From NCBI GenBank assembly GCA_965603825.1, contig CBFDEM010000009.1:62001-126000 (forward strand): DNA of 64,000 nucleotides, read 5' to 3'. The notes under the pieces were generated by a model. The model was not told where the DNA came from. It ran no database searches and saw only the letters and a program-made list of their open reading frames with translations. This document shows, piece by piece, positions 48,601 to 59,589 of this stretch. A program made the translations under genes and the position numbers. Origin of the DNA: Blepharisma stoltei ATCC 30299 (taxonomy: Eukaryota; Protista; Ciliophora). Within the stretch, counting starts at the first letter, position 1. Every line of letters begins with the position of its first letter.

Positions 48601-49667
48601 CCAAGTTTTTAACAGAACCTGAAGGCACAGAAAATATACCTGAAAGCCAATACAAGCAGCTTAAAAGTACACCCAAGCAAATTGTTGCAAAATTCTTAAA
48701 ATTTTTAGATAATTGGGAACTATTTTCCCCAGAGGATGAGGAAGAATTTGATAGGGAAATTGCTATGCTTGTTGGAAGCGCTTATGAGCATTTATTCGAA
48801 TTTTGCAAAAAATTCGATAAAACTAAAACCGGGGTTATAAAAATGACTGAATTTAAAAACGCATTAAAAGAACTCGGCGCAGAAATCCCTAAAGAAGTTT
48901 TCAGCTATATGCAATTATTGTTTTATTCTCATAATAATCAGCTCGATTCAGTTCCATACGAGCAATTTCTCAATGCTTATATCGATAGAGGTGAAGAAGG
49001 CGAGCATTCAGAATTATCTGAAGAAGAACAAGCCAAAATTGTCAGACATTATTTATCAATGATTGCCCAAAATTTGAATAAACTTAAAAAAAGTGTGAGA
49101 ACTGTATTTCTTGCAGATAAAAAAGGTAGAGTTTCTCCTGACCAGTTTGTATCAGCCTTAAAGTACCTTGGCATGAGCAATATAGAGAAAGATCATTTAA
49201 TCTTGATGATTGAAGCTCTTCAATTTGATGAAGATGAAGGCGATGTGCATATTAATATTGATGAATTAGAAGAAATTTTAAGCCATTATGGAGTAAAAGC
49301 AGAAGAAACCCCAATGCTGCCTGATTCTGAAGATCTGCAATTCGCAGAACTCCTAGGAAACTCCTCAGGAGGTCACGTAAAACAAATTTCGCTATTGGAT
49401 GAATTGGAAGACAGTGAAGAAGAAAAATTTGGTAAGCCAAAGCCAGCGAAAAAAGAAGAAAAAAAGAAAAATAAAGAAGATTTAGGACACTTTGTGAAAG
49501 GCTCACATGAGTATATAGAGGATTATGAAGACAGCTCTGGAAGAAACAGTGTAGAATTTATGGGATCTGAGTCTGGAGAAGGAGAATTAGAAGAAAGGAT
49601 AAGGGTTGTAGACTTTTATGAAGATTTCAGAGATATGGATCATTCACCTTCAGCTGTAAGTATATAA
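45648..49667 (+). CDS. Large protein (about 1339 aa): IQCE-like coiled coil followed by multiple EF-hands
   Basis: TGA at 46449-46451 joins two ORFs with no TAA/TAG between; EF loops DRNKKGSLELDE, DKNRSGVINSSE, DKTKTGVIKMTE. Confidence 0.82.
47220..49400 (+). repeat. Intragenic tandem duplication, two copies, period 1149 nt (383 aa)
   Basis: GCATATTTCATTTCGAATGCAACTT occurs at 47282 and 48431; HISFRMQL..MQLLFYSHNNQLDSVPYEQFLNAYID..IDELEEILSHYGVK appears twice; boundaries approximate. Confidence 0.95.
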
Positions 49668-49680
49668 ATTATTTTTATAA

Positions 49681-51174
49681 TTATCTGGATACTGGAGGAG
49701 GAGCTTCGAGAAATCTGTCTTGAGTGCTTCTCAGCGACCTTGCTTTTCCTTCAGAATTTTTTTCTAATATTGTTGCTATTTCTTTTGTGTCCCATTTTTT
49801 GGTGACTGCCATATTAAATAATGCTTCTTTTACCTGAAACTGCTGCAGCTGGGTTTCAGAGTTGATATTTTGCCTTGTCTGGATCATTCTTTCTCTTTCT
49901 TTTGAAAAGTTTTGCAGCCTTTCGTCTTCCATTTTCATGCGCAATCTAGCCATTTGTTTTAAATATTCATCTTTCTTTTTCTGTCTTTTGATATTTCATT
50001 CTTTTTTGAGCTCTTTCAGCTCATCTAAGTTCTTTTTAAACTCAATTTGCTGCTGCAGTAAATCTTTTTGATGCTCCACCCTTTGCTGGCTTTTAATTGA
50101 TTTTTCTGTGATTTTTTGACGCCGCTCTTCTATAATTGCTTCAGCAACTTCTCGTGTTTTTAATATTTTTAAATCTCTTTCTTTGCTTAATGATTGGATA
50201 CTTTTAAGTTGTTCGGCTTTTTCTTCTAAAAATTTTTTGGTCTTTTTTTCTTCGATCTCTTTTTTTACATAATAGTCTTGACGCTTCTTTTCTAGCTGCT
50301 CTTCTAGAGAAGCTCTGACCATTTCACTTCTTATTTCTTTAGCTTTTCTTTGTTTTTGGATTTTTTTTCTTAGTCGTTTTTGGTGTTTCAAAATATTTTC
50401 TTGTCTTCATTTTTCTTCTTCATTTCTAGCCTTCATTCTAAGTTCTTTTTCTCTTTGCATTTCCAATAAAAATTCTTCTACTCTCTTTAAATGCTCTCTC
50501 AACTTTTTATCGTTATTTTGCCTCCTCAACTCAATTTCTTTCAGCTTCATTTCTTCTAAATACTGTTGTTTCTCTGCCTCTTGCATATCATGCTCAAACT
50601 GTAGCAAGGCTTTCATTTTCGCTTCTTTTTCCTCTTCTATTTCCTTTTTAAGCTTTTCTATCTCTTTCAGCCTTTTTATTTCCGCTTTTTGCCTTTCTTC
50701 CTTTATAAGCTCTTTTTTCTTTCTTTCTTCTTCTAATGCTTTCTCCTGTTCTTTTTTTTGATTTTCATTTAATTTTTTGGCAGCTAGTGTCTCATAGCTT
50801 ACAAGTCTTGTAAGATTTCTTACTTGTTTTTCTTTGGCTCTTTTTATGTCATTTCCATACAATTTTTGATGAGCTAGAGATCCTAATGAAGAAGATCTTG
50901 AAAATTTTTCATCGGCTGCAATAATTTGTCGTCTTACTTTGCGGGCTATATGTAAGAGTTCTAGCCGTTTGGATTCGAAAAATTCATATTGAAGATCTTG
51001 GACACCTGGAGAAACCGATTTGTATTGAAACTTTTCTCTTGGGACAAATAGAAGTTCTTCTGGGTCTATACCTTCTCGATAGCAAGCTTCAAGGGATCTG
51101 GGGGAATTTACAACACGTCTTGATTCATAATTGTCAAAATCTTCAAGAGAGAAATGCTTAGGGCTTGAAGTCAT
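49681..51174 (-). CDS. E/K/R-rich helical protein with N-terminal NSPRSLEAC motif
   Basis: Three ORFs in one frame joined by TGA at 50407 and 49996. Confidence 0.8.
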
Positions 51175-51300
51175 AATAAAAAATATTTAATGATTTATAA
51201 TGTGAATCTTAAAATCTGGCTCAGAGAAAAAGAGAATCAAATAATATAAAAAAACAACTGCTTAGATAATGAAATTTTATTAAATAGGTTTAAAATATGC

Positions 51301-51819
51301 TTATTGCATTGCCTTTAGCTCGTTTTTTACTAAGATCACCAAGTTTTGGCTATCAGTACTTAACTTATTCTTTCTTTTTCTTCTTATATCACTATATTTT
51401 ACTGATTGTTTATACTCTTCTTCAAATTTACTGAAATTTATTTGGCTTTTGGTGTTAATTATTCTCTTCGCTAGAGCGATGTTATCAAATGAAAGTTTTC
51501 TCCTTTTTTCTGCTTTACAAGTTTGAGACCAAAGACCCAGCTCATTATTTCCTTGGCTAATCTGGACATTAGGTGGCGAATTAATTATTGATGAAAGTCT
51601 GCTAAGCATTGCTGAGTTTTCTTTTGATATTTTTTCGTTTAGAACTATATGGAAGTTACATCTATCAGTTAAAGATTTGGAATTATAGCAGTGATTATAT
51701 CGCTTTGGAGGCAAATTGTCTAATGATGAATGAGATCGTTGAATTTCTTCAATTTTTTTCTTATGAGACTCCTGTTGCTTTTTTCAATTCACCCATTGAA
51801 GATAGCTGGAGACTGACAT
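51301..51819 (-). CDS. CFAP97/KIAA1430-domain-like ciliary protein
   Basis: ATG at 51819 with one TGA upstream of the track ORF; W..H.KKI...LDNLPP...ISKENSAMLSRLSSI pattern. Confidence 0.65.
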
Positions 51820-51943
51820 TATTTTTAATTAATTAGTATGATGAGTTTTGAGTGAGTTATATGCTATTTATCTAGCATAACTCGCAGTATTTATAAGTAT
51901 ACAATGCTTAATCTTAGCAACTCAAATCGCCATTTTACAATTA

Positions 51944-53161
51944 ATGGCATCTAGTCTTCCAAACTGGGAGCTTCCTCCCAGATATCAGCTCACTCGAAAG
52001 ATTGGGCAAGGCACATATGGATCTGTCTGTGAAGCTAATGATCTCCAAACTGGCGAAAAAGTGGCTATCAAAAGCATCAAAGCTCTTTTTGATCAACAAG
52101 TTGTTGCTACTAGGATGCTAAGAGAGATTTCGATCATGAGATCCTTAAATCACCCCACAATTATAAAAATCAAGAAAATTTTGATGCCTTCGCAACCAGA
52201 ATTCTTTAATACTGTTTATATTGTGATGGAGCATGCAGATAGTGACCTTAAAAAACTTGCAAGATCCTCTACATTCCTCGATCACACTCATGTAAAATTC
52301 TTGATGTATCAAGCTATTTGTGGGTGTCGATATATGCATTCAGCAAATATTTTTCACCGCGATATCAAGCCAGGAAATATTTTAATAAACTCAGACTGCT
52401 CGCTTAAGATTTGTGACTTTGGTCTTTCTAGAAGTTATCAAGGACTGAATAAAAGCTTCCAAAATGCTGCAAATAATCAATTGGAGTCCAATGAGATAGC
52501 AGGGAGAGAAAGAGACTTTAAAAAAGTAACCAAAAGAATTCTTACTGATCATGTTGCGACAAGATGGTATAGAGCTCCAGAAGTGATTTTACTTGAAAAA
52601 GAATATGGAAAGGAAATCGATATATGGAGTCTTGGTTGTGTCTTTGCAGAACTGCTTGGAATGATTTCAGATAACATTTCGCAGTATTTAGAAAGAGCTC
52701 CTCTTTTCCCTGGAAAAAGCTGTTTCCCATTATCGCCTGACCCCAGTGCAACTAATCAAAGGGGAGGATACCCATCCTCTAATAATGACCAGCTAAATAT
52801 GATTTTTAGGATCATAGGAACTCCATCAGACGATGACTGCTCTTTTATATCAGATCCAAGAGCTTTAAATTATGTTAGATCTTTTCCAATTAATGAGCCT
52901 GTTGACCTTCGTGAATTGTATCCTGGGTCAACTCCTGAAGAACTGAATCTCTTATTAAGACTTTTAACTTTCTCGCCGATAAATCGAATTACCTTAGACC
53001 AAGCTTTAGAGCATCCTTATTTTCGTGATATAAGGCGCCCTGAGTTAGAGAGCTTAGCTAGTGTTCCAGCTGATTTTATCTTTGATAGAGAAGAAGATCT
53101 AGATATGCAAACACTCAGAGATCTTTTTAGAAGAGAAATTGAAAGGTATAACGATAATTAA
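51944..53161 (+). CDS. Atypical MAP kinase (TDH activation loop, alveolate MAP2-like)
   Basis: GQGTYGSV, HRDIKPGN, LTDHVATRWYRAPE, PLFPGKSCFPLSP. Confidence 0.92.
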   Translation: MASSLPNWELPPRYQLTRKIGQGTYGSVCEANDLQTGEKVAIKSIKALFDQQVVATRMLREISIMRSLNHPTIIKIKKILMPSQPEFFNTVYIVMEHADSDLKKLARSSTFLDHTHVKFLMYQAICGCRYMHSANIFHRDIKPGNILINSDCSLKICDFGLSRSYQGLNKSFQNAANNQLESNEIAGRERDFKKVTKRILTDHVATRWYRAPEVILLEKEYGKEIDIWSLGCVFAELLGMISDNISQYLERAPLFPGKSCFPLSPDPSATNQRGGYPSSNNDQLNMIFRIIGTPSDDDCSFISDPRALNYVRSFPINEPVDLRELYPGSTPEELNLLLRLLTFSPINRITLDQALEHPYFRDIRRPELESLASVPADFIFDREEDLDMQTLRDLFRREIERYNDN

Positions 53162-53248
53162 TTTGATTTAATAAGCTATATTCTGCAGATAAAACTAACC
53201 ATTTAATAATAAAAATTATTCATTGATTTTTAATGCTTCTTAATAAAT

Positions 53249-55021
53249 TTAGAAATCGTAAATGTCCTTTTGCTTCAATGGCGCAGTTATGCTATTTTTT
53301 CTTTCTTCCGCCAAGCTTTTTCTGATATGCTCGTATTTAGACCTTATTTGTGCATTATATCCTCCAGACTCTACAAAGCTTCCAGACGGTGTTATTGTGC
53401 CTTTACTTCCACGTTCTCTATCAGACCTTGCTTTATGCAGTAGTGACTTACCTTCAAGTAATTTTGCATCATCAATCTTATCTGCAAAGGAATACTGGTC
53501 CATCCCCATTTTCTCCATTAATCTTGCATAAAAATTGGTAATGTTTAATAAGCAAAACACTATTAAAATCATAGGGAAAAACAGTGTAAATCCTTGACCA
53601 AAAATTGGGACTAAGTCAATAACGCCCATAACTTTATTGAATTGTGTATGTTTGACTTTAATAAATAGCAAAAAGTTATAACATACTGAGGGCGTTAGAC
53701 GGGCCATAATAAAAGCACTCCATATAAGATTTGGAGGGTCTGTTTGATTGTGGCTATAAAGCCCGTATCTGCCTTTAAGCCTTAACTTGAAGAGAGAAAC
53801 ATAGATGCTAGCTATGATGTAGAGAAGTGGCATAAAGCAGAGAATCAGTGTGCCTACACTTCCATGGTTATCTTTAAAAAATAATGGAAAGACGCCAATT
53901 GGTGTGTCGACAAATAGTGTAATTTCGCCTAATACCACAAATATGCTGACTACTGATAATAAAAGACCTAGTAGTCTGCACAAAATTGGAGAAAGACGGG
54001 TATACCAGATCCATTCAAAGACTTCTCTAAACCTTGCATATTTCCCATTTTTCGCCGGCCAAAAGTTACTTCTGATCCATTTATTTGAATTTTTTTTGTT
54101 AGCTATGATGTCCTCAAGTCGAAAAGCAGCTTCCAGATGTTGTTCCCAACGACTCTAGATATTTAATTACCTTTCACTTCTTCCGAATTCAGCAATATTT
54201 TTCTTCAAATCTCTATTAACTCCTACTAAATACTTATATGTGATTTCTTTTTTCTCATCATGAGCCTCCATACTCCTTAATGATCTCGTGCTCTTTTGGT
54301 GCTCAATAGATTGCTGTGGGCATTTTTCAAGCAATTTATCAACATATTTATGAAGAGGATCCACCTCAGTCACATCTCTAGAAAGTTTCATTACTATTCC
54401 TACAGTTTGATCTAAGTTATATTTTGCTTCTATCTTCGACTGATCAAGCTCAACAGCTTTTAACTGTGCAAGCTTCATAGAAGTATCAAGACTTCCATTC
54501 TGCCAAAATGTTTTCGGAATATAAACCAGCCCATACCCAAGCAGGACCATGATTATAAACAATGACCAGATATTGCTCAATGCCACAAGAATTGCTGGAA
54601 GCCTATGTGATGCAAAGTTTCCTGAAATGACTAAATATAAAATAAAAATGACTCCCATAACAAGAGTTATTCCAATCATCCTAAGTCTTGTAATAAAAGC
54701 TCTTTTCATCTTGGTTAGAAATGTAAATTCGCCAGCCATGTGGTAATTTTGCATCATTGGCAGGAGAGCCCAGCATAATGCGAAAATTATCCAATAAATT
54801 ATGTTCCAGCAAACGTGTAGGTCATCTTTGTTTCCTTCTCCTCCTAAACTTAAATAAACGTCGTATGGAAGCACTGTTACGATCACAAATGCTAAATACC
54901 AGCCGATGAACACAAAAAAGTAGACGTAGTATTGAGTTTTCTTTGATGGATAGATCTTTAGAAGGTATACAGTGAAAGCTGTGATGCCAATCACCAGGAG
55001 AATTGTAAACCAACTTACCAT
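53249..55021 (-). CDS. LMBR1-domain membrane protein (LMBRD2-like), one intron
   Basis: LPYDV, WALLPMMQNY..AGEF, LLGYGLVYIPK..W, RWEQHLEAAFRLEDI, RLTPSVCYNFL; the two halves share a frame across a stop-containing GT..AG segment. Confidence 0.9.
54153..54170 (-). other. Intron GTAATTAAATATCTAG(AG): the 18-nt form keeps frame, the 16-nt form (to 54155) does not
   Basis: Contains in-frame TAA and TAG; only a 3n-length excision rejoins the LMBRD2 halves. Confidence 0.65.
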
Positions 55022-55137
55022 GTTTTATTCTGCAACAAGTACAGGTGAAGTATTTTCTTATTAAATTATTGAATAATCCGGAATTAGAAAGAATTTTTAG
55101 GAGTAATTTAGCAAAAATACCTAAGAACTCTTGAAAA

Positions 55138-57204
55138 TTATGCCTGCTCCTCTTCTCCTTCTATTTTTTCAGTCTCTTCAAACAGCTTGAGCAATCTATT
55201 TACATTTTGCACAGCTTCATAAGACTCAGACAGCTTAATCTTCATCAAATCGAATCCTACAACAGCGTCAACCTGCGCATTTTGAGGCCTTTTCGAGTAT
55301 CTCTGGGAAAAGTGAGTTAGCACTACCTTTCAAGCATTCATTTGTACAGCCACATTAAGCGCTTCTCCAATAGTGCTATGCATTTTTTCACTTGCATCTC
55401 CAGCTAAGTCATCATCAAAGGTCGCTTCATGAATCAGCAAACTTGCATTATTACCTGCTTCTACAAGTGCCTGGCAAGGTCTTGTGTCCCCGCTATATAC
55501 GATTTTTCAGCCTGTTTGGTGCTGGATTACAAACCCATATGCTTCTATGCTGTGATCTACTTTTATGCATTGGACTGAAGAGAAATTAGGCAATATGTGG
55601 TTGTTTGTTATAGGCTCAAATCTAAATAATAAAGGTCCCATCAGCTCATTGCAGATTTGTAAGTAAATTTGGTATGCAATGGGAGCTATAATCGTGATGG
55701 GCTCATTGGTGAGTTTGGATCTCTCATAAATCAGTTTGATTGTGCCTAAGTGGTGATCGGCATGCAAATGGGAAATAAAAATGGTTTTGATATCTATTAA
55801 AGCTTGATTAATATCTTCCCCAAAATGCCGGCAGAGTTGCCCATAAGTGCCTTCTCCACAGTCAAAAAGAAGGCTTGAGCCAAATTCACCGATTCAAATT
55901 CCACTGACATTTCTGTATTTTCCTGGCTTCATTGAAGCGGTGCCTAACAAAAGTACGGCTGGATCAGAATTAGGCTGAGACATATCAATGAAGTCTTCAT
56001 AAGAAATCCTGTTTAAAGTCAGAAATGGAGGACATTCCATATCTGTCACTCTTTTCACTATTTCTTCTGGGTTTAAAGGGTCTAAGCAGTCTGTCTCATC
56101 AATTGTTCCATTCATCTCAGGAGGGCTAAGGTTAAGTTTCGCCTTAAACTGAGGGATTATTAAATTTTTGAAATTTTTCTTGATATTTTCTTCAAGCAAA
56201 AGATCAACTTTTTCATACATCTCGGTACTAAGCTTGAAATTTTTAGGTGAAACAGCATTTAACTCAGTCAATAAAATATCTGATCCTCTAAAAATCGGAG
56301 TTTGCATTGTATTTTTAAAATTTGCTGTAAGATGTCTATTAAAAACGATATTTTTTGTGCCTTCAGGCATCATTTCTAAGAAGGTTTGATACCCAGGATC
56401 TAAAAGAACTGTGGTGGGCGACATATGAATAAGTGCTGAAAAGTCAAATTCTCCAGTAAAATAGTTACAAATCACATCAGAAATGTGAGGGTATAAATAT
56501 TGAATTGAAGGAATATCAATTACTCCAAATGCAGGTGGCTTGGAAGGAGGGTCAAGTACATCATCAGGAGTGATCACCCTTCCATTGATTTCTAATGTTT
56601 CTCCATTTGCTAGTCTTCCAAACAATTTACCAGGAGGGACTCCAAGCTCTTTCGCTTTCTCAACTCTAAATTTCCTAGGATGCGCCATGCATTCGATGAA
56701 ATAGCTTGCACATGACTCCCTAGGCATTCTTAATCTATTCCCATCAGGCATTTCCAGTCACCGTTCATCAAAGGAATTGAGTGAGACGATTTTGACAGAA
56801 ATATTTTCATCTTTATAGCTTCTTTCTGTGGTGATTCTCGATATATGAGTGTTTACATCTCTATCCCCATACTCTATAATGTCAAATTTATCTAATCAAG
56901 AAAACGTGCACGCAGCTTCAATAAAAGCAGCAATACCTACAGGACCATGGATTTTGCATCTGTACCCTTTTCTTGTATCACTTGCCATATTCAGCATCAA
57001 ACTTGGTAAAGCTGCTATTGCTTCTGTATGAATTCCAGTCAAAAATACATCCGTAATTTTGCTTTTTCTGACCTTTGACTCGAGAAGACACCTTTGCAGG
57101 TTTTCTCCTGCGTTAAATAAATATCTTTTGGAATCAAAGAAGAGCATAAAGCACGGGCTTGTAAGTTTTGATGGGACCCCCAGCATTTGGAGGTAGTATC
57201 TCAT
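55138..57204 (-). CDS. ELAC2: Ribonuclease Z, long form (tRNA 3' endonuclease)
   Basis: YLFNAGENLQR, exosite LGVPPG, LLGTASMKP..RNVS, DCGEGT, SHLHADHHLG, YSGDT, IHEAT, THFSQRY; TGA at 56896, 56758, 55894, 55507 and 55330. Confidence 0.95.
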
Positions 57205-57276
57205 ATTGGTTTTTTATAATGTCAGTCATGGACAGAATGATAATTCACAAATTTCTAATAAAATTTTAAGGATTTA

Positions 57277-57777
57277 TTAAGTGGAGGCTATAATTACCAG
57301 TGCTACAATTATTCCGATAGTCATTAGCCCTGCTGTTGTTAAGACACAGACTTGGGTGTTTACTCCTAGGCATTTATCGTTGACATTAGGTAAGCATGTT
57401 CGAGATTCATTATTTTGAGGCAAAAGAGGCTGATTTTCTCTGCCATAGCCAGGAGGAGGAGCATAATATGGGTTTTGCCTTGGCTGAGGAGGTGGAGCTT
57501 GATATACAGGAGGCTGATTTGCAGCAGGGTTTTGATAAGCTGGATATGCTTGGTAGCCGTAAACAGGAGGGTTACTAGAAACATTAGACTGTTCTGGAAC
57601 CTGGTATTGGCTTTGCAACTTTCTGGCTACTTCTTCATCAGCTAATGCTTGTTTACGAACTCTTTCATTTTCTTCTTCTTGCAGAGCTCTTGCAATCTCC
57701 TCATCTCTATTGATATCGCTACCAGTGTGTCTTTGTTGCATACGACGTCGATATTCCTCTAATTGGTCTCCGCTCAT
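57277..57777 (-). CDS. Tail-anchored protein with two MIU-like ubiquitin-binding helices and a P/Q/Y-rich linker
   Basis: DEEIARALQEEE, DEEVARKLQ; hydrophobic C-terminal segment. Confidence 0.7.
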   Translation of the reverse strand: MSGDQLEEYRRRMQQRHTGSDINRDEEIARALQEEENERVRKQALADEEVARKLQSQYQVPEQSNVSSNPPVYGYQAYPAYQNPAANQPPVYQAPPPQPRQNPYYAPPPGYGRENQPLLPQNNESRTCLPNVNDKCLGVNTQVCVLTTAGLMTIGIIVALVIIAST

Positions 57778-58447
57778 GACTTAAATTTATTCGTTTTATT
57801 ATATTTAATCTTTAAATAAATAATAAAGAAGTTTTCTGACAAGAAGAGATTTTTATATATAGTTTATAGCTTGCTCTAAAAATCAGATATAAAAATGTAA
57901 GTATATAAAGTTTGGTGCAAAAATCATACAAATAAATAATTCAGGAACTTATAGTAATCTAAGTATTTCTTTCTATTCAAATATTATGATTTGACTCGAA
58001 TATAGCTTCTATACCAAATATTTTTATATAATTCATATAATATTTCAAAAAGTTAATTTTTTCTTTAAAATCACCTGCTGCTTTATTAATTACATGCACA
58101 ATACTCTAACAGTTATTGGAAATGCTTTAAAATAAGCAAACTTTCAAACTTGATCATGCATTAGCATCCTTGCATATATGGCCTTATTTCAAAGCATTTT
58201 CCTATTTAAAAATTAAGAATCAAAAAGATGTATAAAAGCATTTGCTTCAAACTTAGACTATTAAAAGATGGGAATTTTAAAGTTTGAATTATCATAGATA
58301 ACTACAGGGAAAATTTTGAATTTATTTTAAAACTTATTTTTTGGTAAAGGGAGGGCTTATGGTAATCTAATTAAGATAAAATAATTCAGGTTTTTATTAG
58401 CAAAATGGATTCGAAAAGCCCGCAACCGTCGCTTGAAAATTTAAAAG

Positions 58448-59176
58448 TTAACTAGAATTGTTTTTATTAGCATTATTATTTTCGAAAAACCTCAAAAATG
58501 CTGTGATATAGTAATAGCCTATAACCTGCATCATTGGATTTTCCTCAAGTTTTGCAAGAAGCAAGTCTTCAGATTCTTTGTGTTCATCCTCAGTTTTCTT
58601 GCTTACAGAGTAGCTGAATAAGTCTTTTGATGCATAATCATAATAAACAAACCATAAATCGCTCCCTACTTTGCATTTTTTCGAAAGCTCTGCCTGACCG
58701 TAGCTTTTGAACCACTCTCTATACTGATCAACAAATATCTGATGAGAAAACAGATAGTCTTTGTACTTCTTCCCATACGATAAAAACTTATTCCCTTTGT
58801 CTGGCTTGCCTCTAGGGCTCAAATACTCTTGTAAAAATACTTTATCCTGGGTGCTTAATGTGTGTTCTATTTTGGGGTAATTGAACTTCATAAAGCTTCT
58901 AAAAGACCGAAGCCAGTATTTATCCTTTTCTTCAGTTTTTTTCTTAATGGGATCAAAGGGTCTAAGAGGCCTTCTACCTCTTTTCTTAGGCAATTTGACG
59001 ATGTCATCATCAGATGAGGTCACATACTTGGATTCAGGTAAGGACTGAATATTCATTAAGGAATTATGGATTTGCCAGTTTACCCAATAATTACTGGGAT
59101 AAGCTGGGCTAGGAACACTCGGACCTATTTCTGAAACAGGAATTGGGACTGCTATTAAGCTTTCTTCAGACTCCAT
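58448..59176 (-). CDS. Hypothetical nuclear protein with AT-hook-like KKRGRRP motif
   Basis: PKKRGRRP followed by basic/aromatic KKKTEEKDKYWLRSFRSFMK; 242-aa uninterrupted ORF. Confidence 0.7.
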   Translation of the reverse strand: MESEESLIAVPIPVSEIGPSVPSPAYPSNYWVNWQIHNSLMNIQSLPESKYVTSSDDDIVKLPKKRGRRPLRPFDPIKKKTEEKDKYWLRSFRSFMKFNYPKIEHTLSTQDKVFLQEYLSPRGKPDKGNKFLSYGKKYKDYLFSHQIFVDQYREWFKSYGQAELSKKCKVGSDLWFVYYDYASKDLFSYSVSKKTEDEHKESEDLLLAKLEENPMMQVIGYYYITAFLRFFENNNANKNNSS

Positions 59177-59589
59177 CTCTTATCAATTCAATTATTATTA
59201 GGCGACATAATTATGTTTAAATTACTGAATTAATTCGACATTCACAAAAGAAAAATAATAATTACTGCAATGAACCAGAACAAAGTGATTTGATTCGCCA
59301 CACTTTTGTGGAGAAGATTTGCAAATATGGAGAGAAAATGCTCGAAACGCTTTGAGATAACATTATTTTGCTTATAAATAGCTTTGCCTTTGATAAGGTT
59401 CTATAATGATGTCTCAGGGTGTTAAAATAACAATTCTGCAACAATTAATTATGATAAACCTGAAAAGCGTTCCATTTAACTTTTTGCCTACGTCATAAGG
59501 TGATAAAATAAGAATTGTCAATTGAACATTTTTTTATTAAATTTTTTATAATAATCAGTTAGCTATCTATAAATAAATGGTCTTCAGGC

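Noticed and set aside
4972-57204. Many genes apparently pseudogenised by premature stops, or TGA as selenocysteine
   Set aside because: The interruptions are TGA at conserved Trp positions or stops inside GT..AG micro-introns; frames and catalytic motifs are intact, and none aligns to a catalytic Cys.
8184-57204. Functional cluster of RNA-processing genes (NOP58, GEMIN2, TGS1-like, RNase Z)
   Set aside because: They are scattered over 50 kb among unrelated genes on both strands, which is consistent with chance.
58430-58525. Possible intron or retained TA-bounded IES near the 3' end of the AT-hook-like gene
   Set aside because: Candidate GT..AG spans are 21 or 25 nt, and the TA-bounded deletions I tried give no convincing extension or terminal inverted repeat.
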